Shown here piece by piece: positions 29,498 to 40,297 of a stretch of DNA of 64,000 nucleotides. The DNA is taken from contig NMRA01000531.1 of NCBI GenBank assembly GCA_002633005.1, forward strand, positions 140,590 through 204,589, in the 5' to 3' direction. The notes beneath the pieces were generated by a model that ran no database searches, was not told the DNA's origin, and saw only the letters and a list, made by a program, of their open reading frames with translations. Each line of letters opens with the position of its first letter. Position 1 is the first letter of the stretch. Position numbers and translations under genes: made by a program. Source of the DNA: Phoronis australis (Eukaryota > Animalia > Phoronida).

Positions 29498-30799
29498 CTA
29501 GTCCGTCTATGTCCACCATCACTGCATAGCAAGGCTACGTCTTGCGCTGCTGGGAATTCATCGATGTCGAAAGTTTCTTGGTAGGAATTCTGCATTCTCT
29601 AAAATGATACTAGCCCTAATAGATGATAACATCAGAGCACGAAACGATCATTTATATTGACGTTGGCACTAAGTTTGTAGTGACTGATGCAAAATAGCTG
29701 GATGACTGAACTTTAGTAGGCAGGGCGAGTAGATTTTCTGGCTCACTCACCCAGCCGGCAAGTGGTGTTTTGAAAGTCGGGTATATCTCCTAGATGGCAG
29801 ATTACATGCCCCCCCCCGCACACCAAGGGATATGACATCATACCACCAGCCGCACGCAGTGCTAAAAATGGTGATTTTCCGATCTTTGGAACTGAACAAA
29901 AAGTTTGATAACGGGAGTATTTTGTTGAGTTGGAAGGAATTAAATACATCGAGGGCCTCCTTAGGCAACACGTAGCCCCTCAGTTGGCTGGTTAGGGACT
30001 ACAATACTTCCCATCGCTTTCTGTACGAATTTCGTCCCATGTATTTTAAACGGGCGGTAGGCCAAATCCGGCCACTGATTTGGAGTTTCCACCTCATCAA
30101 AAATACATTCCACACTCAAAACTATCACAGTGATCCTTTCTACTTCGACACATATCTTCGATGAAGCATATCTACTAGAATTAAGGTGACTTTGGTGAAG
30201 AATTCCAACTCCACTTTTTAACACCGTTAACTTTTTCACCACGCGCGATATCCACAAAATATTTCAACTGAGTCACGTGAGTTAGGCTAAGGCTAGCGCG
30301 AGACTGAGCGAAGCGCATACGTGACCTGGCGTGTGACACTTGCAAAACAGCATGGGAAGATATTAAGTGGAATTTGTGAGTTTCGTGTCCCTTGGACTTT
30401 TTGTTCCTTAACAGGCGTGATTTCCCGTAACTTCCTCAAAATGGCACCCGGTGAGAGAAACTCAAGTGAACCGCAACAGATGTTCAAGTTATGTTGACTA
30501 AATTGTATTCAAGAGTCATGATATAAATTATAACTCCATGTGCATCTATGCATGTTTCATTCAGTTTTAATTGCTGTATTTTGAAATGTGTAACTTTTTC
30601 TGGGGATGTACTATCGCCCCTGTGTGCCTGTGGCATCCAGGGCAATGTAATTGCGGCTATGGCCTCCAAAGGCTAAGCCAGGTGTCCCTCTATGAGCAAA
30701 AGGCATTAATAACAACGCGGCTTTGATGTTTTAGACTGTTGTAGATGTGCTTCCGGTGAATTATATGAGCCTCTGTTAGCTACTCGCTAACGGGCAATT

Positions 30800-30870
30800 G
30801 CCTATTAGCTGAATGGTTAGCACGCTTGCCGGTTTTATGGGGGTCGCTGGTTCGATCCCCGGGTCGGGTA
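30800..30870 (+). ncRNA. tRNA-like Pol III promoter cassette in the 5' LTR (not a functional tRNA)
   Basis: A box TAGCTGAATGG at 30806-30816 and B box GGTTCGATCCC at 30849-30859 with tRNA spacing. Acceptor and anticodon stems pair poorly. Confidence 0.75.
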
Positions 30871-31185
30871 ATCTCGGCTATTACTACAAATGGCGTAGTC
30901 GGCAAACAGATGATCTACCGATGAAGCACTGCCAACTAGTACCCACGGACCTCGGGACAGCGTGCGTGGAAGGTTCCAGGAGTCAAGGACCTGTATGAGA
31001 GACGACCTTGTGTTCACCTGTGTTGTGGTGGTAAAGGTACCGAGGGACGTTGATGACCTGTATGCGAGACATCCTGGTGTTCACCTTCCTGTCGCGTGCC
31101 CGTTCCGTAGGAAAGGGGGGAATGTTGTAGATGTGCTTCCGGTGAATTATATAAGCCTCTGTTAGCTACTCGCTAACGGGCAATT

Positions 31186-31256
31186 GCCTATTAGCTGAAT
31201 GGTTAGCACGCTTGCCGGTTTTATGGGGGTCGCTGGTTCGATCCCCGGGTCGGGTA
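31186..31256 (+). ncRNA. tRNA-like Pol III promoter cassette in the 3' LTR
   Basis: Identical to 30800-30870. Confidence 0.75.
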
Positions 31257-31794
31257 ATCTCGGCTATTACTACAAGACAGTGTGAGGCATAATTCGCCGA
31301 AAAGCTTACGGCATATGAAGCCCCTATAGGAGGTCCACCGTCTCTACTGGGCCAGCTAGGGACGGTGATCACTTTCTAGCTAACACACTGCCACAGGCAC
31401 AGCCTGGACAGAGTGGTTGGGAGTGTTCATTCAATGCAAAGTATTCAGTGACTGCAATAATTTGCAGTATTCAGTACATTATAACATAGTTCAGTAATTA
31501 TTGTCACATGCTACATGAAATCTTTCTCAGAAATCAAACACAAAGAATATTCAAAGACAACAAATATTGCTCACCAAGATCAAAGAGAATAACATTTGGT
31601 TTCTTCTCACTCGGTAGAGAATCCGCAAATTCATGAGGCACCAAATAAACAATTTATGGAAAACAAATGTTTTAGTAATTTCACGATTGAATGCTTCCAT
31701 AACATTTTATCTAATCTTATTAAGTTTAATAAAGGAAACATTGTATTTAAATAAAAGAGGCAAAAACAAAAAAAATAAATTGTCTGAATGTACA

Positions 31795-31886
31795 TGACCT
31801 TGACCTTACGATTGGAGGAGCCGCTTTTGGCACGTGAAAACTTCAGGCGTCGTCTCGTCAGCTGACCACGGAAGACAACTCATACA
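31795..31886 (+). promoter_or_regulatory. TIMM13 proximal promoter
   Basis: TGACCTTGA (ERR-type site, 31795-31803), ATTGG (31811-31815), CACGTG (31831-31836) and CpG enrichment just before the ATG. Confidence 0.5.
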
Positions 31887-32000
31887 ATGGATTTCTCATC
31901 TCCGCCTTCCAGTGGAAAACTAGATTCTGTTCAAAGAGAGCAACTTATGGACTCTGTTAAACAGCAAATTGCAGTAGCTAATGCGCAGGAATTGTTGCAG
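31887..32000 (+). CDS. TIMM13: Mitochondrial small Tim chaperone Tim13, exon 1
   Basis: MDFSSPPSSGKLDSVQREQLMDSVKQQIAVANAQELLQ followed by a GT donor. VKxQIAVANAQELLQ is characteristic of Tim13. Confidence 0.95.
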
Positions 32001-32040
32001 GTTCTCCATTTTCCTGTCACTTCGCATGGGAAGGCAGCCA

Positions 32041-32912
32041 TAGGCAATGACCATCGCCTCTGTTGGCCCGAAGCAGAGGCGATGTAGAGGCTATAGGCTC
32101 TCTGTACGCCGGAAGCTTTTCGGCGAATTATGCCTCGCACCGACTAAACCATCAAAGTCACGTTGTTATAAATATACTGGGGAACCCAATGTTCGTCCGC
32201 CTAAGCATAAAACCGACTTGCTGTTGTACTCACCGAATTATTCCACTTCAAAGTTAAGATCTGAATAGGATTCGATTTAACTCTCACAGATATACCGCAT
32301 TCATCGATTCGTAAGTTTTCTTTAATTTGTGCCGAGTTATTTCAAATGTGCACTGCCTTCGGCAGCCATTTTATTGTGAAACCTAAGTTCGTCATATGCT
32401 GCCCCCTTTTGTAAAAACTGAGAAACATGCAGAAAAAGGCCAACGAAGTAATGAAAATTGCAACAGCCTNNNNNNNNNNNNNNNNNNNNNNNNNNNNNNN
32501 NNNNNNNNNNNNNNNNNNNNNNNNNNNNNNNNNNNNNNNNNNNNNNNNNNNNNNNNNNNNNNNNNNNNNNNNNNNNNNNNNNNNNNNNNNNNNNNNNNNN
32601 NNNNNNNNNNNNNNNNNNNNNNNNNNNNNNNNNNNNNNNNNNNNNNNNNNNNNNNNNNNNNNNNNNNNNNNNNNNNNNNNNNNNNNNNNNNNNNNNNNNN
32701 NNNNGGGAGTATTTGTTCGAGTTGGAAGGAATTAAACACATCGACAACCTCCTAAGGTGTTCCTCTATGCGCAAAAGGTATTTATAACAACGTGACTTTG
32801 ATGGTTTAGTCGGTGCGAGGCATAATTCGCCGAAAAGCTTCCGGCGTACAGAGAGCCTATAGCCTCTACATCGCCTCTGCTTCGGGCCAACAGAGGCGAT
32901 GGTCATTGCCTA
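32041..32912. mobile_element. 'ctatag' MITE with 134-bp perfect terminal inverted repeats in TIMM13 intron 1 (spans a gap)
   Basis: 32041-32174 is the exact reverse complement of 32779-32912. gggaaggca flanks both sides (32028-32036 and 32913-32921). Confidence 0.75.
32470..32704. other. Assembly gap
   Basis: Run of N. Confidence 1.
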
Positions 32913-33084
32913 GGGAAGGCATTGCCATTGGCCGCCAATGGCATTGGCGATTGGGCCATTGACATTGGCATTGGGTCATTGGCATTGGGCATGGGAGTGT
33001 AGTTTTATCTATGAGAACACGCCTCTACTATACACCATATAAGTAAAGAAGGGAGTACTGTGTAAACGCTCAAGTAAATAGCCT

Positions 33085-33800
33085 TGGTACAAAACTTTTT
33101 ACCGATGTGGGTAAAAAAGTGGTAAAATGAAATCTGACACAAAATTAGTGTCATTAAAAATTACAGTCTTCCTTGAGTAAACAAAATTATTTAACAGTGT
33201 TGGAAAAAATGGTGTTCTACCGTTATTCCGCTGCTAAAGTGGTGGAGCGATCTTTAACGACAGGCTTTCGGCGCCATGAAATATTGCGTTGGCCAGTTTC
33301 TTTTTTCGCCGGTTCTTCAATCAACTAATGTTCTTTCACGAGCTTGCGTACACGTCACAACAAATTATTGGAACTGATTTCACTTCATTATAAGTTTTTA
33401 GAATTTCGATACCGAAAAAACGAATTTCTGAAGAAATTTTGCGGCTGCGAAGTTGTCACAAAAATTTAGGAAATGGCGCGTGCACGTGACACGAGGGTAC
33501 TGTTTTCAAAACGACGACATACTTTTCATTGTTAGAAAAGGAGAGAGTTACGCCAGAAAATGACGTTTATTGCATTGTTTTTCACTTAAACGGCTGTAAC
33601 AGGCCAGGTGAGTGTCGGTTGATTCACAGATTTTGCAACCACCGCGTCCGGTCGTTAGCTTTATATGTTGATGTATGTTTCACGGCAAGGTGATGAGCAG
33701 AATTACCCTGGCTTTGTGCAATTGCGGGGTCTACAAATGAAATACACACAGTGGTACCTAGCTGTATTTTGATGATGGTCTTCACACAGCTAGCTGGCTG
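33085..33800. repeat. Dispersed repeat, inverted homologue of 28800-29497
   Basis: See the partner copy. Confidence 0.75.
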
Positions 33801-35046
33801 GCTAAAAAGTAAAATACGAATGGAAAATTTTTCTGGTCGCCACTCTATACATTACGAGCCTAAATCCAGGAGTACTATAAGTGCTGTATAAGTCCTCACT
33901 GGTATTTTCGACCAGTCATTTTCGTCTGTGTCGAGGGCTGATATTTATATGTAGATGTGCCTTGGCAAACTTGTGTCGATATTGCAAAACTTGCCAGACT
34001 CAAGGCTAATGTCAGGCAAGATTTGGAATCTTGACACGATGTGACTCTCATGTCAATCACTGTTATTGGCTGCTGCTTGACCTTCGATCAGGGTGATGTG
34101 TTGTCTGACCCCCAATCAAAGGTCAACCCACAGGTAATCATGTGCGTCACATAGCTGGCAAGATTGCGAACATTTCCAAAGTAGTAACTAATCTCATGCA
34201 TCACACAGTGGCATGACAAATCTTGCCAGACTTCCGTCGCGTGTATAAATACATAATAGCACATACACTTCTCCCTTCTTTCTGGTGTGTATGAGAGGTA
34301 TGCTGGAACTGATTGAAAAATGCTTCCATGACACAGATCGTCGACGGTAGTGATGCTTGGTGACCATGCCATGGCTTTGTAGCATAACCTTACAAGTTCT
34401 AGTTACTCAAAACTATTTCGGCAAATTTTGCCCCACCACTGGCTTACTAGTGACCGTCACATTGCTATACTAGGAGACCGTCAAAGTCTTATTGTTCCAG
34501 CTTTAATAAATTTTCTGATAGTCCACACGTCTCTTCATTTGTCAGTGAAATCATTGATAGCGCCATTTTGTTTCTCAATGTACACTGGTTATGAGAGCAG
34601 TGATATTGGCAGCTGAATTTTGAGTGCTAGCTATCCTGGCAGATTGATCACCAGTGTTAGTACATTAGCGATTGGTTAATTCCCAAGGTCATGGAGGCCG
34701 AAAAAATTTTTGTGTGATGGACATGGGCAGTGATGTATTCATAACAAAAGTGGCTAGTTGTCGATTTTGTTGATGGATGAGGGTGATATGTTGGAGGGAA
34801 ACCTTGATTTTGGAAGCATTTGTTCCAGTTGGAAGACTTGAAAGACGCAGACGGTCTCCACAAGATTAGGGTTTGGTCCACTATATACATACAAGTAGGC
34901 TATATATTTGGTCCACTCAGAATTGGAAAATTATGGTTGGGAAATCATAAGTTCAGATATTATTCATGGCATCACTCAGATATCATTATCTGGAATGTAT
35001 GGGAATGAGTTGACAAATTAAATTGACTGAGAAAGTACTTAACAGT

Positions 35047-36068
35047 CATAGGCGGATTTAGGGGGGGGCCCAGGGGCCCGGGCTCCCCCCCCCCCCCCTT
35101 GGCTGCCGGAAAAAAATAAAACAGTAAGAGCGTAGGGAAATGGTGAGTTTATTAATTAACCCCGGTAATTAAAATTATACGGATGAAAAAAGATTTAAAT
35201 GTGTGCAGTTTTAGTGTTGGGGGGGGGGCTCAAATCCAATTTCAAGTGTCAAATTCGGAACACGGCGCATTCGTAACGGAACTATGGCTAAGTATAGGCT
35301 CTCCCGCGATATCCCAGGCGACCGGCAGTGGCGCTGCGCACTACGACTCCGTTTCCGTCGTCTGCTCCACTGTGCAATGAAGACAATTTACTTCATTTTT
35401 TAAGGAAAATGGAACCTGATTGACGATGAAAAAACAGAAGCTGCTGGTAGGATGTGAATTTTAATCGAAGCCTTAGTGAATCACTCGGAAACTGGCAATA
35501 CTCTCTTTGTCAAACCTTATCTTAAAACGACTTCCAGAGCAATCCCGTCATTATTGCCAACACGAAAAACGGATTTGGTCTTTTGGGCATTTGAAGACTA
35601 TTTTAAATACGACAAATTTGTTATGAATTGATGGCACAAAATATAAAACGTGTAATAAGCATTACAAAAAGAAGTAGGTTTCGCGCACAAACGCTGTGGA
35701 CCATAAACAAGTAGGTCTCTTAGTATAATCTTAATAGGTAAATCGTGTTGGTGTAGTAGTAACGCGCGCTCGCTCTATCCGTCGTGAGTTCGAGTCTTTG
35801 GTTCTTGAAGTTTTTCCCGTTTGACACGTTCTAAGTGTTTCTTTTTTTTGCCTTTTTTTCTTGGATAATACTTCAGGAATCAAGGAAAATGCTTGATTTT
35901 TAGAGGTAAAAACAGAAAAATTTCCTGGGCGGGAGCGGGGCAAACCCCCCTCCCGACCTCCCCCCATTCGGTGCTATGCGCATCTACAATAGCGGTTCAG
36001 TTTGCGCAAATGCTTACAGCCGGACAAAAAGTTGGGCCCCCCCTTGTGATATCCTAGATCCGCCACTG
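35047..36068. mobile_element. Non-autonomous DNA transposon with 5-bp TSD
   Basis: acagt|cataggcggatttagg ... cctagatccgccactg|acagt. Confidence 0.75.
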
Positions 36069-36585
36069 ACAGTGTTATGTACATGTCACATGTATGCTTG
36101 CTAGATGCAACCACTGTTTGCTATGTGCCATCTTCCGTAAATCAAAAAATTACTCTGCAAAACGAAATGAGAATGTATTCAAAGTTGGAGCACTTTGTGC
36201 AGACATAGTCCTGACATGCATTACTAAGTGGTGCCCACCACCAAATTTTCTCTGCTTGGTATCAGCCCACTCCTCATGCATGTCAGTGCGTGCCAAATCT
36301 TCTCTTGTTTGAATCCTGTGGCTTGGTTGGCTGTGAGGCTGCCTAGGAGAAAAAGTGATCCTGACAGCATGTCTTCGTGGATTGTGCAATACAAGCTCAT
36401 GATCGTATCGTATGTCCAATATATGGCCACTTGATGTAAGCCCCTTACCTGTTTTTGAACTCGGAATTAAAGCCCAAGGTCTAACATAGTGGTTTCTGTA
36501 TTTTATGAATCAAAAACTTGAATAGATAGTTAGCATAACATTCATTATTCAAAATGATGATGAAGCTTTTCAACTTATTTTTCAG

Positions 36586-36654
36586 AAAATGTCGGACAAG
36601 TGCTTCAAGAAATGTATCGAAAAACCAGGGACCAGTCTAGGAAGCTCTGAACAG
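36586..36654 (+). CDS. TIMM13: Tim13 exon 2
   Basis: tttttcag|KMSDKCFKKCIEKPGTSLGSSEQ|gtaaaa. Contains the first CX3C motif. Confidence 0.95.
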
Positions 36655-36874
36655 GTAAAACAAAGTGCACACTAAATAAATGTGTCTATGTCCTTAACTG
36701 TCTTATGAGAATCTAGGATTCTGACTTGAGGGCTTGTCAATAGACAAACAGGGCCCACTCCACCATCACAACAGTTTAAAAATGATGGTGGGTTCAGACC
36801 ACCTAACCATTCATGCAAACAGATTAAGGAGAGAGTTTTGACCTTCGTCAGAGCTAAGAAAACATATCAACATG

Positions 36875-38353
36875 CACCTTGTAAAAACGAAGGCAACCTT
36901 TTTGCATGTCATTTTTAGCAAAAACAAGGTGCGTTGATCCCAGACATGTTATTCACTTAATTACAGATTTTCATAATTTAATTAGCTACTCGTCCTCTAC
37001 TCCGGAAGTGACGTTTTTGGAGGCAAGAATTTTGCGCCAATTTCTTTTCGTATAGTCTGCCTGTGAGAGCTGTCGAGTCGGTCATTGTTCTACCTCGGTT
37101 GTGATCAGTTCGGTCATCATTTGCTTTTATTTATCAGTTAGTCAGCATACCCCCCTTTCGCTGCGTACTCATTATCGTCTCGTGCACTTTGGGAGTACCT
37201 TTGCATCGCTTTCTGAAGGATGACACACTTGACTTCGCCATACTTAGCTTGTTCCTGTGAATCAAGCAGCGTTATCCGTCCACGCAACGTTCAAAGCAGT
37301 GGAGAGTTATCAAGTGTGTGGCAAGCATTTTCTGCCGTCAGATTAGGAGAGAGACATGTATGCTGAATTGATGAAGGTCCCTGCGAAACAACGCCTGAAG
37401 AATGGTGCCATACAGTCACTATCGCCACCCTGGAGAAGTGCGTTTTTGAAGCGAGAAGGCTCGCGAGCTGTGGTCACTACAGTGACTTGAGGCACTTCGT
37501 CTACTGTCATCCGAGCCTCCGAACGTATCCCAGAGCATGCAATTCCAGGAACAAACAGTGATTCGTCCTGTTCTGTTGTCTCTAGCCCAGAGCCTGTAAG
37601 CGACCCTGCAGCAATGTAGGAGTGAATATAGGCCCAGTTCGACACCCAGTGAAAAGGACAGTTGTTGTCCAATGAACAGATCAGTGAGCCAAACTTTGTT
37701 TATTCTGGACATGTCTAAAGTATTGGAGCTATTTAGAAGGTGCCAGGTGTGTTGCGAGAGAGTCGTACGGCGGGATGTAAGCAGTTTGGGTGCTCAGGTC
37801 ACCATCCAGTGGGAGTGTGTAGCGGGACACTTGGGCAAGTGGGAGAGTTGTGCCTGTGGGTACTGTGCCTCATTATACTTTGGCTCAAACATACAAAGTA
37901 TGCCCACCCACTGACTATCGGTAGAAAAATTCCTTGTCACCACAACTATGAACAATGTCTCCGTTACTCACATCACTACTGTCACTGTGATATGGGTCGT
38001 GGACTCCAGCCATTTTCAGGTTACTACAAAGTTAACAATCCCTAAATCCATTGTAATTGAGTTCTCTAACAACCTAGCTTGTCGTACAATACTCATCGAT
38101 GGGAAGTGGTGACAACAATTTTAGAAAAACAGTTCGAAAACAAAAGTAGCACAGATCCTCACAGTAAACTCAACACAGAACCAAATTGGTGCGAAATTTT
38201 TGCCTCCCAAAAGGTCACTTCCGGAGCAGAGGACGAGTAATTAATTTAATTACAACAAGCTGTAATTAAGTGAAAAATATATCTGGGATAATCAGTGAAC
38301 CTTGTTTTTGCTAAAAATGACATGGAAATAGGTTGCCTTCGCATTTAAGGGTG
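36875..38353 (+). mobile_element. Decayed DNA transposon with ~175-bp TIRs and THAP/zinc-finger remnants (possibly Kolobok-like)
   Basis: 36875-37053 is inverted relative to 38183-38353. Internal disrupted GVPLHRFLKD...VCGKHFLPSD*...RLKNGAIQS (THAP-like) and FILDMSKVLELFRRCQVC...WECVAGHLGKWES. Confidence 0.75.
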
Positions 38354-40198
38354 CCGCAAATGTTTGTGCTTAGTATCTATAGCGACATCCTAGGTAAGCC
38401 TGCATTAAAGCCGTGTAAAAAGGTGACAGCAAAAATTTGCAAACATGGTGCTAATTGCAAGTGATGTTTTCTTGTCCAAATGTTCATTTAATTCACAAAA
38501 ACAACTAATAGTGAAACATTATATTCACATGCTGATCTTGTCATTGGCATTTTCACTGCGTAACCATGGAAACAAGAACCACTATTTGACACAATTTCAA
38601 TCAATTATCTTTTAAAGCAGATAAGGCTCGGGTTTTTCAAACATGTCTCAAGATTTCCAATCATGATGTCAAACACTTCAAACGTGGTGCCCCACCATGT
38701 TGAAATGCATGATGGGAGAACACCACTGTCTTTATTAGCATTTGTATGCACCTTCGTCTGTTTGGGTGCATATTGCAATATCAGCAATTATTTTTGTCCC
38801 AACCTCAGGAATTCTTATCACAGGCATAACAAATCGTGCAATTCTGTTAACAAGCTTACTTTGAAATTTTTTGTGTTTACTTGCGGCCGTTTTGAAATGA
38901 TCGACCAGTGCCTACCCATATTGTTGGTTGTTAGCAAATAGCTATGCCACTCAAACAATGCTAAAACTAAAGTAAATTTCCATGACAAGTTCTTTCTGTG
39001 GGCTGTTCCAGTAAAATCCGTGTGGGAGGGGGGGGGGGGACGGCAGTACAAATAAAAATTCGTGGGTGGTGGTCTTCAGAAAAAAACTCAAATTATGGGT
39101 GGTCGTTCNTGTGGGGAAGTTTGACAATATGAAATTTCACCGCTCCACCATTTAGTGTCTTAAACTGAAGAATGTTTACTGTAGCAATAATTGCAGTAAA
39201 TGTTTGATGTTCTCATCTATTACGGCATTGACGACATACAGCATTTTTTTCAATTTGTCGTCTGCTCCGCACTGTGTTGAAATCAATGACGAGTTCAATA
39301 AGCAAGTATTTCCAAAGCATTTTTTCCAGTGCCAGTGAAACCTCTGCTTCCAAAGGTGAAAAAAAAATAAAAAAGAATATGAACTGAAAAGGAAACGTGA
39401 ACATATGACCAAGTGGCTGGAGGAGGCCTGCAGAGGAGATGACCTCATTTTACATGTAACTGCAAAATAAAACTTAACTACTTGTCAAATTTACTTTGTT
39501 TAATCTATGAATAAATATTTGTTCCTTCAAATATTTTGACAAAGCTCTTTTTTAAGTAGAGTTTTCCAAAAGAATAACAAGTCAAAAAAAATTAATGCCG
39601 AGGCCTGTTTTCACACAGATTTGTGGAGTTCTGTGTCACTTTGTTTTTAATCCGATTTTGGCGTCTGCCTCTTTATCCACCAAAGGGCTTGAATGATCAT
39701 CATGAAAATTGGCAGATTTGTTCTCGTTGAGATCTCATTTGACGTTTATTTTCAGACAGGTTTATCTATTGTGGCGGCCCCTAGTGGCAGTGCAGTCTCC
39801 AGCACATTTCAACCTTACCCATTGCTCATTTTTAGCTGCGAATAACACTCGCACACTATGGTGTTCTATTGAGACCCCTATTCAGTACAACTGTTATAAA
39901 CTTTTGTTATTTGTGCTGGGTTCTTGCGGCGACGCAAGATGGCACGAAAAGGCAGCTTCACCTATCATTTACATAATTACACGTTTTCTTAATATTTTAC
40001 TAAGGCTTTGCCAAGACTATCTGGTTAGCCCAATACATCTAATATAACAAAATTCCATTGTAGTAGGCATTTAAAATGTAAATGCTTAGTTAAATCTATC
40101 GGGGATTTGAATCTTAAACTGCTTCATTTTGATTCATACTTAACGGAACTGCTCGTGCTAATGTTTCAAAAACAATGTATTTTTGTTGGTCTTTTCAG

Positions 40199-40297
40199 AA
40201 ATGTATAGCCATGTGCATGGATCGCTTTATGGATGCCTGGAACTTAGTATCGAGATCATACAGTAAACGTCTACAGATGGAGAAGAACAAGTCATGA
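40199..40297 (+). CDS. TIMM13: Tim13 exon 3 (stop)
   Basis: cttttcag|[32 protein letters not shown]. Second CX3C motif; total 93 aa. AATAAA at 40646-40651. Confidence 0.95.
   Translation, partial: KCIAMCMDRFMDAWNLVSRSYSKRLQMEKNKS

Larger units (their letters stand above)
30737..31274 (+). mobile_element. TRIM (miniature non-autonomous LTR retrotransposon) with tRNA-derived LTRs
   Basis: LTRs at 30737-30888 and 31123-31274 (TG...CA, 152 bp, 1 mismatch). PBS TGGCGTAGTCGGCA at 30891-30904. PPT AGGAAAGGGGGGAA at 31109-31122. TSD AGAC at 30733-30736 and 31275-31278. Confidence 0.93.
29830..31330. mobile_element. Fragmented copy of the 'ctatag' MITE family (host of the TRIM)
   Basis: 29830-29965, 30670-30736 and 31275-31330 align in order to 54270-54510 and 32705-32870 (gagttggaaggaatt; aggtgtccctctatg; gaggcataattcgccgaaaagctt). 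Confidence 0.7.

Noticed and set aside
30800-31256. Two tRNA genes
   Set aside because: A and B boxes are present, but acceptor and anticodon stems do not pair properly and both copies lie inside LTRs.
32337-32906. Long ORFs across 32.3-32.9 kb (and likewise 52110-52718)
   Set aside because: Artefacts of N runs.
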